NCBI GenBank assembly: GCA_001938485.1
Contig: MQRK01252300.1
Location: 11,319 to 74,063, forward strand
Direction: 5' to 3'
Origin: Girardia tigrina
Taxonomy: Eukaryota
DNA length: 62,745 nt
Part shown: positions 13,440-26,900 of the stretch, one piece after another
Numbering within the stretch: the stretch's first letter is position 1
Layout of the letters: each line of letters opens with the position of its first letter
Position numbers and translations under genes: made by a program
The notes under the pieces: generated by a model
Seen by the model: only the letters and a program-made list of their open reading frames with translations
Told to the model about the DNA's origin: nothing
Database searches by the model: none

Positions 13440-16400
13440 ATGGCATCGAGTCCGAGATTCAATATAATCAAGAAATCGACGACAGGTTCGCTCTTCAAAT
13501 TATCGTTCTCTCACTATCGATAATTTGCTCTTTCTGTTTATTTGCGCAATTTCAGAAGAAAGTTTCGATTCGAATATCGCTCCGAATTCCTCAAGCAATA
13601 CGAAGACGAAACATTTTGTAACTTATTGAACTATTTGTTTTCTAATTGACATTGAGTCGGTGAACTGTAGGAGGGAGTCAATTCGCTGGGATTCGGCCAG
13701 ATTCCCGAGCAGATGCATCGCAAGGCCGTCAAGAAGGGCTTCAATTTCTCGATGATTGTGATCGGTGAGTTCTGGATGCGACGATTGATTGCGGGGTGAG
13801 ACTCGCGATCGAGACTATTACAACAGGATTTTAGTTATTTTCTCATTTTCCCTCGTGTTTTAAGTAATAGATAAAGAGTAGCCGCAGATGCAGAACGATT
13901 GAGTGCGTTGCTCCTAGTTGAGATGACACATAACTGACTAAAACCAAATATATTAGATTGTCAAGTATGAAATATTTAGGCAGGATTACTATAAATAAAG
14001 TAGTTATAATTCTACAATGATAGAACATTTTGATTCTCAGTTGTTTTTTTTTGATTGCTACATATCTTGGCTTTTGAACGCATCAATTAAATTAATTTAA
14101 ATTTGTTGGGTTCTTGATCAATATTGTAATTCATTAACACCAAAAATTTATTAATAACACAATTAAAAATTTTTAGTTAACAATTTTTTTTCATAAAAAA
14201 TTGTTTGTCGTGGAACTTTTTCGTTTTCTTTTTGACCAGATTTTTTGTATAAAAATATGAAATTATATATATATATAAATAAACTGATAAGTTATTTTAA
14301 AATGGAAAAATTTTTATTCTATTTATTCTGAAAATTTACATTCCACTATTTACAAATTAAAACCAACATAATTTTATAGTCATATTTTTACTAAATTAAC
14401 CATAATGATTTTTTTATTATTTTAGAATTAGTTTAATGTTATTTCTTTTTTGTGAAACATTAATAAAGATTTTAATATTTTTTTATTATCAATATTTCAG
14501 TTTAAAAGCATTTTTTACCTACAATTATTTTAAATACCATACAAATATTAGATAGAATTTAAATACAACAAAATAATTTACAATATTCAAATTTTTATTA
14601 TTATTACGATACATTAATGATAAAAATCTTAATATTTATTTTTAGAATAACTTTTAAAATTAGTACAACATAATTATCCTTGTCTTTATATATTTCTTTT
14701 AAATCAATTATTTAAAAATCCATTATTTCCCAATTAATTTAATTTTAAGTTTTTTACTCTACAATTAAAATTTGATTATTTACGAAAATAACTTTTTTAA
14801 ATTAATTAAGATATATATTTTTTTTACTTAAAATTGCTTTAAAAACTTTTGATTTTAAATATTTAATTATTTTAGAAAGTCTTTATAAAAATTAATTGTT
14901 TCAAAAATTTTGAAATTGAGCCCGACCTTCACAAAATTATTAGTAACTTATTTTGATAATGAGTATTTAATAAAAATGAAAAAAAGGCGGAAATTCGAAA
15001 TATTGTGAAGAACCTCAGCATCTGAAACCATACGATTTATAAATAATTTATTCGAATACAAGTGATATTACTCAGCATACAATCTCAAATTGGTTCAGGA
15101 AATTCGTGAAAGGTCATTTTAACCTTACTAATCAGTCTCGGGGTCACCCAGAAACGTATGCAGATAATAACGAACTGAAGGAAACCGTGGAGTTGGATTC
15201 ATCACAAAGTGCTTATGATTTATCGCTAACGTTTACTGTTACAAAGCAAACAATATTTAATCACTTTGCTCAAATTGGCAAAGTAAAAAAGTTGAATAAG
15301 TTGATATCACTTGAGTTTACTGAATAGCAGAAACGAAGGCGTTTTGATGCTTGCTTGATGATGTGATCACTTTTTGAATCGAATCGTCACTCGTAATGAA
15401 AAGTTGATCCAAAATGATAATCGCAAACTTTCAGCTGGTTAGAAAGAAAGTATTTTTTTAATAATTGACTCGGATATCGCCCCAAGATTCAAAAAATGCA
15501 AATCGGTTGGATCGTCAAATCGACCGATCGATGACTTGAGAGTTCGCCCAGGTGTCGCTTGGCTTGGAGCGACGTCGGCCAGAAATATTAAATATCGATT
15601 AAAAAATAAGGTCATCGTTTATAAAATATTTTTATTCTTACAGAACACACTCAAAGAAAAAAAAGAAAGAAAACACCAAAACATAGTCCGAAGTACAATA
15701 TTCATCAAAAAAAGTTGATGGTGATAGTTTGGTGGTCTGCCGCAGATGTAATTGATTATCACTTTATGAAACTTTATTTGTCGATCACAGCAGATGTCTA
15801 TTGCATCCAATTGAAAGATATAATGCGGATACTCAAAGAAAAACAGCCGCGTTTAGTAAACAGGTCGATTCCTATGGGTTCAGGACAATGCGAAACCTCA
15901 TACTGCACTAAAGACAATGAAAAAAACTAAAGGAACTTGAGTTTTATCTTTCAAAACATCATCTATACTTACCAGACCTCGTTCCAACTGACTACCATTC
16001 CTTCCACAATTCGAACAACATTTTGATCGGAAAAAATGTAATTTTGGAGATGTCTTAAAAATGGCCCTCCAGGAATTTAAAGATTCTCGCCCACCAAAAT
16101 TTTATTCAAATTGCCTCAATAAGCTGTCGCTCAAATGGCAAAAGTGTTCCGATAATATGGGTACATACTTTGATGAATGACATAAATATTTGTATCGGTA
16201 AAAATAAAATTTGATTTTATTTATAAAAATTTCATACTTGACGACCTAATATCTTGGCTTTACTTATCACCTTTAAATTTGACCCTAACTCTAAAAATAT
16301 ATGGAGGTTAGAAGCTAAGTCTAACTTTAAATCAAAAAATTGCGTGTGACAGATATCAAATATTTTAAACCGTTTTTAAAGAATTAAGTATAACTAAAAT

Positions 16401-17907
16401 ACTAAGTTATTAATTTTTTCATTTTTTAATTTCTGCTTTTTACCGGTAATATATTGTGAAACATATACATATGTTTTTTTTCAAATAAGATTTTTGGTTA
16501 TGGTGAATGGTTTTTTTTAAAACTATTTTTTCATTTTTGAAAATTAAAATTATTTAAATTTTTGTTCATAGTTATAACAACAAATTTCACTTAAAACCAG
16601 TGGTTTCCAACCTGTTGCAAGGAAGGCATGCAGCTGTTTCCAAAATATCATTTTCGAAAACAAACAAAAAAAATCGAATAGGTGTCACAAAAAATGAATC
16701 AACAATTTGTTTTTTAAAGGGGGACGGCGGTACAACAAGGTTGGAAACCACTGCTTTAAACCCCTTTTTGTAATTTAACCGGGTTTTTCGATCATTTAAT
16801 TTATTAACAACACCTATTAGAATTTATTGTGGTTAATTTTGGATGGATTATTGTCATCTTCAGACAAAACTAATGATCATATTCGCATTAATATATTAAA
16901 ATATTGTTATGTAATATTTATAGTGTTTCTATATAAAGTTAAAGATTGTGTTTGCAAATTGATTTTTAAGATAAAGATTTGTCATCAATGCTTTGCACAC
17001 TACCTGCAATTATTAATTTAGGAACACAAGAACCGAAAATTTACTATTTAAGCAATTATTTCTATGTTAAGTAATATTACTATCACTTTTATTTTGATTA
17101 GTTTTCTTAACTCTTATAAATAAACTAAATTGGAACATAATCCAGCTGGAATGATAGAATTACTGTTGAACAAACTTTCTATCTTACATAATCTAAACAC
17201 GATTTTTAAATTTAATAAATTATTTTCGTCTAATTCTTTAATAGGATTTTTTGACTTTTCCGAATCCGTCGTAAGAACAGTTAAAACAAAATTATTAAAG
17301 TAATTATTATCTATCTTTATTTTTTTCTTTATGTGGACATTTGGTACATTGTTTAATTTTTGATATGGAAACTTAATTCATTTATCCACAGTTTCATGAG
17401 GTCATCTTTTAACAATCGATTTGCATAATTAAAAAGAAAGTAATATTACTCATAGAAAGCATTGCTTAAATTGTAAAGTGAATTTTGTGTTCACAATTTA
17501 ATAATTACTTTAAAATTTGATGGGTGAAGCATTTATCTTTCAAGATTCAAATATGTAATGAATTCTATCCAGAAAATTACAAAAATAATCTTACTTAACT
17601 CATAAAGTTGAGAATATTTTTGTGTTAAATCATTTTCTCCTATGAGTCGGTGTTCAGATATTGCTTATAAATACATGTATATATCTAATAGGAGCCAGGG
17701 TTTTTTATTGCCATTTTTGGTATACAATATAAAATTTATTTTATTTCTTACATAAATTAATTTTTACATTAATTTCGGAAAATCTTATTTTAACATATCT
17801 ATAACACTATTTTACGAAATGTAATTGTTTAATTATTAATTTGATCAGATTTTAAATTCAAAAATTTTATGAACTCAACAAAGCTCCTAACAATATTTAT
17901 TTATATT

Positions 17908-17951
<44 letters not shown>

Positions 17952-20900
17952 AATATAAATATAAGACATTCTTTTGTTCTTAACCTTTTAAATCCAGTGC
18001 GCATGTGTGATTTAACAATTTTTGAGTAAAAATAAATGTTATGCTGTACACCCACATTATCTTAGGTTACACCCAGCTGTAAACCTTAAAAACCCTGATA
18101 GAAGCAATATCATACAAATTAGGGAGGCGTTTGATAATATCTGAAAACTAGTTCTAGAAGAGGTTCAGAGTAATATAAATGAGCATAAAAAACTTGTGAA
18201 TGTAACTTGTGTACAAATAACTTCAAGATTTTTTATGCAAACACTTAAAAATTATTTAGAAAGAGTCATGTGAAATATTATTAATAAGATTTCATGATTC
18301 ATTTATTAATATTCAAACTGCATTTTTAAACACATTATTAAAAGTTTTCAATTAACTTGGTGTAAATGATTACAAAATCATTAATTTAACATTGAAACTT
18401 CACATAATCTTTCACCTGAAGATTACCTGAAGATTAAATAAAACCATCGAAATATAATATCATAAATTACATTTTAAAATCACATTGTTGTGGTTTATTT
18501 TAAATATTTTCCATAGCTTTTTAAAATTTGATTATTATAACATAATTAAAATATATAATGATGGTTTAATAATACTATTGCGTCATAATTTGTTGCAAAA
18601 CTTGTTCAAATAACTAATTCGTCTGGTCGTTTAGAGAAAATTTTAATATATCTAAATCTGAATTGATTATTATTCTATGTTTAGGAGAAAGTGGGCTTGG
18701 AAAAAGCACATTCATAAATTCTCTTCTGATGACAGATCTGTACAAAGACCGAGAAATGTTATCACCCTTAGAAAATATTACAGCCACAACCAAAATTGTA
18801 AAGCGCTTTATCGAACTTGATGAAAAAGGAGTGAAACTCAGACTGACAATTATCGATACTCCTGGATTTAATGATTCTGTCAACTGTGAAAACTGGTAAA
18901 ATTATTCTTTTCATCTAAAATAACTTGTTATTATTTTGGACTAGGGCAGTCTATCATTGGATTTTGGGACATTCTTTTTTTAGTCCTGTGATCCCGGGAT
19001 TTATAGCAGTAAACCCTTAGCAATTAATTTTAACTTCATTTAATAGTTTAAACTACTGGATTAATTTTTACTGATTTTTTTTGTATAAAATTAAAACAAA
19101 TATTAAAAGTTCATTTCAAAATAAAAAATTAAAATTCATTAGATCCTCATCAATTTTTAGGACAAGCAATTTTCCTAAAATTTCTTTATATTAATACTAT
19201 AATAGAATTATGATTTCTGTCTGTCATTCTGTCAGTGTGAAGTTCCAGGAGTTCAGTAAAAAAATTAAATTATTATTTTAGTTATTTTTTTTTAATTCTG
19301 GAAAAACGGAAAGACTTCCGATCTACCCCACCCCCACAAAATTAAGAAGAAAATCAATAGCTTAAATTTTTTATAAGACTTTTGACATTAATATAAAAAT
19401 AATTTATTTATTTAGTTAATTTATTAATAATTTATTCATGCAATTAATTATGAATTATAAATTTGTGTAGGGGCAGATCGGAAGTCTTTGCGTTTCTCCA
19501 GATAAGCTTAACTAATTGATGCTATAATAGAATTATGATTTCTATCTGTGGGAAGTTCCCGGTGATTAAAGTGATTCGTTTAAAATTCGCCAGACCTGGC
19601 GAAAGGGGTTCACCCTAGTTTTAAAGAATAGATTAGTCTTGTGAATTACAATCTAAGCTTAAGGAGAGAAAAGTGACTTTCTCGACTGTATGCAAACATG
19701 GTTTTGAATAATATACTTTGTACATGATGAAATCTTTGATTTAAAACAGAGTTAATTATGGTCTATGGAGTTAATTACGGCTATGGATGTGCGATCTTAA
19801 AATACCGTGTTTTGTTTTAGCTGCCCCATTTGGAAGACCATTTTAAATTCCGAGTTCCGTGATTTTAGAAGCTTTTGGCTACACCGATGATTTTTTTGCA
19901 AAAAAGATAGTTCAATTAACAAAACACATTATTTATACGGAAATAAATTCTAGTGTAATCAGGGAATACCGACATTTGAAATATATCAATACAAAGGTTT
20001 CGGTATTAGAATATTTTCCCTGGATTGCTTGCTATAGTTTGGAATTATTAAACCAAATACCTCAAAATGCTGCGGTCATTGAAAACTGTCAGAGGTCCCA
20101 AATTTTAATATTTATTAAAATAATGATTTACTTATACAGTCATTTAATCAATCTCATTTAACATTTAACATGTTTCCTTCAAATTAATAAAATTTTATTA
20201 TAATTTTAAATTTATTTGAAAAATATCAGTTAAAATTATCAAATGGAATCAGATAAATATTTGAACAGATAATTAAGATTGATTCAAAATTAAATGCCAA
20301 TGAAAAGTTTCATTATATCAAATGATTGAAATGAAGTAACAATAAAACAGCGATAGTCTCAATAAATAACTCTGTAAAACGTCAACGTTTCTATTGACAA
20401 ACTGAAGGTGTTTTTGTTTGTCAATTTTCAAATAATTTTAAATAACATTGTAGTGATCACCAAATGTCAATATATTAACTAAATAAATTAATTAACAAAC
20501 TGTAAATAATAAAAAAAACAATTACTTTTGACAAATTTAAAAAGAAAATTTTCCTTAAGGAAAATATTCACTTTTTTTACAAAAATCGTAAATTTATAAA
20601 CCTAAAATCTAATTATTCCTTTTAAGAAATTTAAAAAGAAAATTTTCTTTAAAAGAAAATTTTTACATTTTACAAAAGTCTTGATATCTAAACTTTTTAA
20701 AAAATAAAAAAAAGAAGCGAAAAAATATATTAGGGAACCTAGCTGAAACAACATACAACTGTCGATCAACGTTAAAACTTGGAACAACAAGAGTGTGGAT
20801 GTACAAAAAAATGTACATGGGAATAAACATTGACAACTAATCGAATTCGTGTTATTTATTTTCGTCATATTCAATTATCGCCTACTAATGGTTTTTGGAA

Positions 20901-23900
20901 CACGCGCCGGTGTGAGATCGCATGTTTATGTCGCATCCCCCCATCATAATCATTCTTTGAGTAATGCATTGACCGCATCGATTACTATATCGGATGGTGT
21001 CGAACTCGGTAATCAAGAAGCGGGTGGAATATCGGATCAGCTGTTGAAAAGGAACAACGTCCGAACGGTGGCTCTACTTCGTCCGTGTCACGGTGCTCAC
21101 GGGTGTTCGAACGTTCGAGCGCCACCAAAACATAGTAAATTTTATCTACCAACAACAGTTCCTTTTCCCCTAGCATTTCAGCCCCAAGCCACTCGGCGCG
21201 CCTCGATCGAAGCCCAGAGCTCATCCTGGGCACTTCAAACTACAACCTTTACAAACATTCTATATCCTAATGATTAAGTCAATCTTTATTTTATAATAAA
21301 ATAAAATAATCAATAAAAAATGAAAAAGAATTGACATTATTGGATAAAGATCTACGTAAAGAACCAGTTTATTGAGAATATATGCTCTTATATGAGTTAA
21401 TATGTTTTCAATCAACAATATACAAAATACCGTATTTTCCGGTGGGTAACGTGCACCGTTATTTATGCAAAAATGTTAAATTTTGTCAAAATATGAACTG
21501 TGAATCCTGTACTGGTGATAACGATGTATACCACCATGCCTGCTATGCGCGTTATCTATACATAAAACGGATGCCAAAAAGTAAGAGCTGCGCGTTATAC
21601 AATAGTGTTCAAAAAGTGTAGAGGTCCCATCCATCTTTAAGCCTCTTATATCTAGTTTATTTCATTACTAATATCTTGTTCTCATGGAAAATTATAGAAA
21701 ATAAGGAAATTATTATATATTATTGATAACATCTTATTTGAATAATTAATTATATTTAAACAGTTCAGCTCCTTGTAGGTCAAAATCTTTTCTCAGTTTC
21801 TTATAATATTTTCAAGGTTTAGTTAGGTTGTTTGATTTTGTTTAATTTATTGTTTGGTGTCCGGATATTTCCTCACCATATAATTCGTTTTATCGCGGAT
21901 GATTCATCTCCGGACAATTCATCACACTTATACTTTAATTAAATTATATTTTTTTATGTTTATTTCAGTTATTCTATTTTAGAATATATTAATTTGTATG
22001 TTATAAAATTTTCTTAATTGGTAACATTAATTATTGTAATTCTAAAATTCATTTTATACATTGGCATTTAATCTTTTTTTTATTCATAAGCCATAATATT
22101 AATTTTTGGTTCATCAGTTATATTAAATGTGATAGAAATACTTTCTTATAAAAGTTATCGAATTTAATACGAGGTATCGTTAAAATGTTTTTTTTATTTA
22201 GTTCAATATTTAAACAGGTAAGATGAATCATTGACGAAAAAAACAAAAGTGATGAAAAGTCAAAATCTATTTTTTTGGTTTTCATTCAATTTATTTGTAT
22301 TTCCATTTGCGTTATGAAAAGTCAAGTATACCTTTAAGATATAATTTATTAGGGTTGGAAGTTTTTTATAATTATGGTTGTTGCGGCAGCAGAGCTGTGG
22401 AAGCTTATTTTATTATTATTTGCCATCAAATGGGGGAGAGAAAAATCGTTGTCATTATGTTTACTAATATTATTTTTATTATTATTATCATTTAATTTAT
22501 TATTATCTTTATTATTATTATTATGATTATTTAATTTATTATTATTTAAATGTAAATAAACATATATCATACTTTTGTGGCCGAATAAAGCCCATTCAAT
22601 TTTATCGCCTTCAGATAGGGCTCTCAGCATGCAGTAAATAATTTTTGCCCTAGTGAGGGCGGGTTTCCGTTCACTGCTTTCGCGATTTTCCATCAAATCG
22701 ATTTTGTTTTTCAGCTGTCTCAATTCGTGAGCGGCGATAAATTCATTTCTCATATTTCTGCTAACACTTTGCCGAGTGGGACATTTGAAGACCTCACTGC
22801 GGTTGCAATCCTTGCGAAGTTTCTCGAGACTAATAAGACGTTTCGCACTATCCACTCGGATCACTGAGAATGGATTTTTGGTGACTTTCATTTTAGTCAA
22901 ATATTCACGAACTTCGGGCACTACAGAACCCTGTCTTGCATTGAAACCGAAGAACTATTACTAATCTACACTGAAAGAGTATCGAAATGTTGAAAGTAAA
23001 GAAACACCAAATATGATCAATAGAGATTGTTGAACAGAGATCATTTAGCCATAAATCAATTGAAAGAATAAATCTATAGAAAATAATAAATAAAGCAGTA
23101 AAAAAATTAAGGGTAAGCAATCAAATAAAATCCTAAAATTATAAATAATGTCATATCCATAAATCGAAGAGGAAAATAAAAGTATGATGTCCGAGATAAC
23201 TCAATTGTGAACTCAAAGTCAATTATTATGGACAATTTACGTACATCAATAATACACTATATCGAAACTATTATGAGAATGAAAGAGCAACAATAATGTA
23301 ACAAAAATTCAAGCAGCGGCAAAATACAGAATAAATATATTCTGCTAACCGATATTAATACAGATGGATTTAATTGTACTTAACAATATTAACCTCATCA
23401 AGTTTTTGGATTCCGTTTAACTTTTAGAACTTGTAAATCGTTTGGATCTTTATCAAAAAGAAAATCAAGAATAATTAAGATTAACCTTTGTAAATCTATA
23501 ATACAATAATCGTTGTGCGAGAATTTTAAGTAATGCTTTAAGAATTATAAAAAATTCATTTGAATCAGTAATTAGTTGCATTAGCTTAATTAATTAATTA
23601 ACTAATTTGTTCACGAAAATTAAAACCAGTCGCAATTTAAGTTGAACAAATTAAGGGATTCATATTGACTTGGTATTTGCATTTCGATTTGCCATTTTTG
23701 TCGAAATGAATTTACAAGATTCGCAAATTTTTGCAGCCTCAATTAGTTTCTAAAGAGAAGAGATTGCAACAAATATAATCATTTTAATATATTTTCATAT
23801 AATAACTGGTGAGACAAAATTATTTCAATCCATAATATAAACAACAGACTTAAATTTACAATTTTTTCCATGTTAAGAACATTGAGATAATTTTCATTTG

Positions 23901-26900
23901 AAAATTTATTAGGTTGTCCGGAAAGTTCGTAGTGCTTTTTTAAGAAAATTTGAAACGCTATAAAAATTGAAATGAATGAGATCAGTCTACAAAGTATTTT
24001 CCATTGTCTTCCACCACCTTTTGCCATCTTTCTTCAAGTTTCATAATCCCTTTTTCATAAAACGCTTGACTTTACTCCCGAAAAACTCATCAGGGTAATT
24101 TTTGCAAGCATCTTTGTGATTTTTTTCCCACTAATCGAGTTTTGCAGACAACGGAATAAGTAAAAATCTGAAGTTGCAATAACTGGCGAATACGTTGGTT
24201 GCAATAAAATATCCCAACCAAGCTCGGCCAATTTTTTTCGAATTTGCAAAGATGTATGCGGTCTTGCATTATCATGATGGAATACAACGCCTTTTCTGTT
24301 CGCTTATTCCGCACGTTTCTCCTTGATTGAATTATCCAATTTGCATAGTTACTGACAATACTTATCAGAATTAATTGTTTCTTTTTTTGGGAAGTAGCTC
24401 GTAATAAGTCACGCCCTTCCAATCCCACCAAACGCTCAATAAAACCTTTTTTTGGTGCAAATCCGGTTTAGTTGATGTGAGAGGCTTACTTCCAGCTTCC
24501 GTCCATGATCCTTTGCACTGTACGTTATCGTACATTATCCATTTTTCATCGCCAGTAATTAGCCTCTTTAGAACCGGACTCTCTTTATTTCTTTTGAGGA
24601 GTAAAATTCAGACAAAAACTCTATCAGAAAGCACTTTTTCTGTTAATTTATGTGGCACCCTAACATCAAGTCTTGAGACAAAACCAAGCTTCTGTAAATG
24701 TTCATGTACTGCACTTTTTGACATCTGCAATAATTCTACCAAGTCTCGAACGTTTATTCTCAGATTTTCGGCGATTTTAATTTTCAGTTCATCGTCATCT
24801 ATAGTGGACGGGCGACCAGATCTTTCTGCATCTTGCAGGTTGAAATTACCTTACTTGAAGTTCGCAAACCACTTACACACTGTACTTTCCGCAACCGCAC
24901 TAGAACCATAAACGTCGCAATTTTTTTCTGCGTTTCGGCAGCGTTTTTCTTATTATAAAAAAACAGTATTAAATGTTTTAAATGAATTTTATTTTCAGCC
25001 ATCTTTAGGAAAATAAAAATTCGAAAATTAATTGATTTTAAAGATAATATATGAATGTTGATGAAATAATTAAAAAGAATGGAAAAATAAAGAGAACAGT
25101 AAAAAATTACAGTCTTGAAATCACATATGAAAAACTCTACGAACTTTCCGGAAGACCTAATATTATTATCACATTTGGACTCATCACAACTCTCGGAAGG
25201 TCTTTCATCGTTCGACATCGTTCTAATTGGTTTTGCTATTTCTATCATAATTATTCGAACATTTTTTCTAAATCTTTTTAAAATATTTAATTTCTAAAAA
25301 TATTAATTAAAAATAATAATTTAAATCATTTCTTAATAAAAACCAAAAATAATATAAATTTTATCAAATTGTTAAAAAATGAATTTAATTTAAATTTTAT
25401 TAATTTTATTTATGTTTACTTAAATGCTTATCTTTTTAAAAAATATATTAAACTTGATTTTAATTGTTAATTTAAAAATATAAACTTATCAAATTATTAT
25501 TTTAATTATGTTCGAATAGTCAATCACTTTAAATTTAATAAAATTACCAATTTCCATCTGGGTGAGAGAATCACCATTCTAAGTTCAACTTTCTCAAATC
25601 AACATACAGCATCAATACATTCACACATTCAAACAATTTAAAATATTCCTCCAAGAAACCTTCAGTAAAAAACAATTAACATAACGTAAATGTTTTAATT
25701 CAGATAAATTAAATCAGTTTTAAATAAAATGAATTTAATATATTTTGGACTCGACGGATTGATCCGGACAAATAGTTATTTTCTGGAACTTTTGTATTTG
25801 ACAAATTTATATCAAATACATTCATAACTCATGACCCTCTGAAATCAACTCATGATCCCACATTTTAGGGACAATTTTTGAGGGATGAGGGTTATTTTTA
25901 TGCACTGAAATTAACGTTAAATACATTTGTTATTTATAAAGTTCCGTTCTAATCAAGGTCCGTTGTAAGCAAGACAATTCTGAAAATATTTTACTCTTTC
26001 TTCGATTAATTTTGGACATTTAATAATTTGTCAGATCGCTTAGCTCTCGGCTGATTTTTATAATATAAAAATCTAATTTTTAATATTTCCATGATTTAAT
26101 TTGGGCATAATCAAAGATAATTGAACGACTTCTTTATCAATTGTAAATTGAATAATTGATGTTGAATAAAATGTTTGACGATGTATTTTTCGTTTGACTT
26201 CCTATTTGTTCAATTATACACTTTGGCATAAGATCCTCTTCTGACTAGATATTTTTAATCGTTTATATATTTCAGAAATCGTTTTGTATTTTGCTCTAAA
26301 ATCTGTTGACATTTTTACATATTGAAATGACAACAGAGTGAAGATAAACGGAATCCATAAGTTTATTTTAAATTAAATATTATTTCGAAATTCCGACTGT
26401 TATGTTATTTGGCTGGGCTTTATTTGGGGGTTATGCATTGTCATTTTTCATTATATTTGCTATGAAAGAAGAAATTTTTTCCGATTTAACCTTTAACCGG
26501 ATAGAAGTCTTGAACTCTTTTTATTAACCGTACGTAAATCAAAATAAAATACTAATTCAAATTCCATTTTTTAGCACTTTTTAACTAATCATGAATTTTA
26601 TTAAAAGAATGTTCTAATTTTCAAGGATTTCTTATGTATACATTCAATTTAAGCTTAAGAGTCCTTCGGACTCTTCTATCCGTTTATGTTACAAAAACAT
26701 TCTATCCGATTAAAGGTTAAGGTGTTCCAAAACATAAAATTACAATTCAAATATTTCTTTTCGTCATTTGATAAAGATTTTTTTAATCATTTCTGTCACA
26801 TTGAGGGTGATTTGTTAATCTATTCTGCAATCTTTAGATATACAAATTGTAGTGCAGAGCTTCATAAATCATATTTTATAAAACATTTTGCTTATCGACT

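Noticed and set aside
22349-22575. Asn-rich C-terminal part of the 190-aa ORF
   Set aside because: It is read-through past a likely gt donor into an (AAT)n-like intronic repeat.
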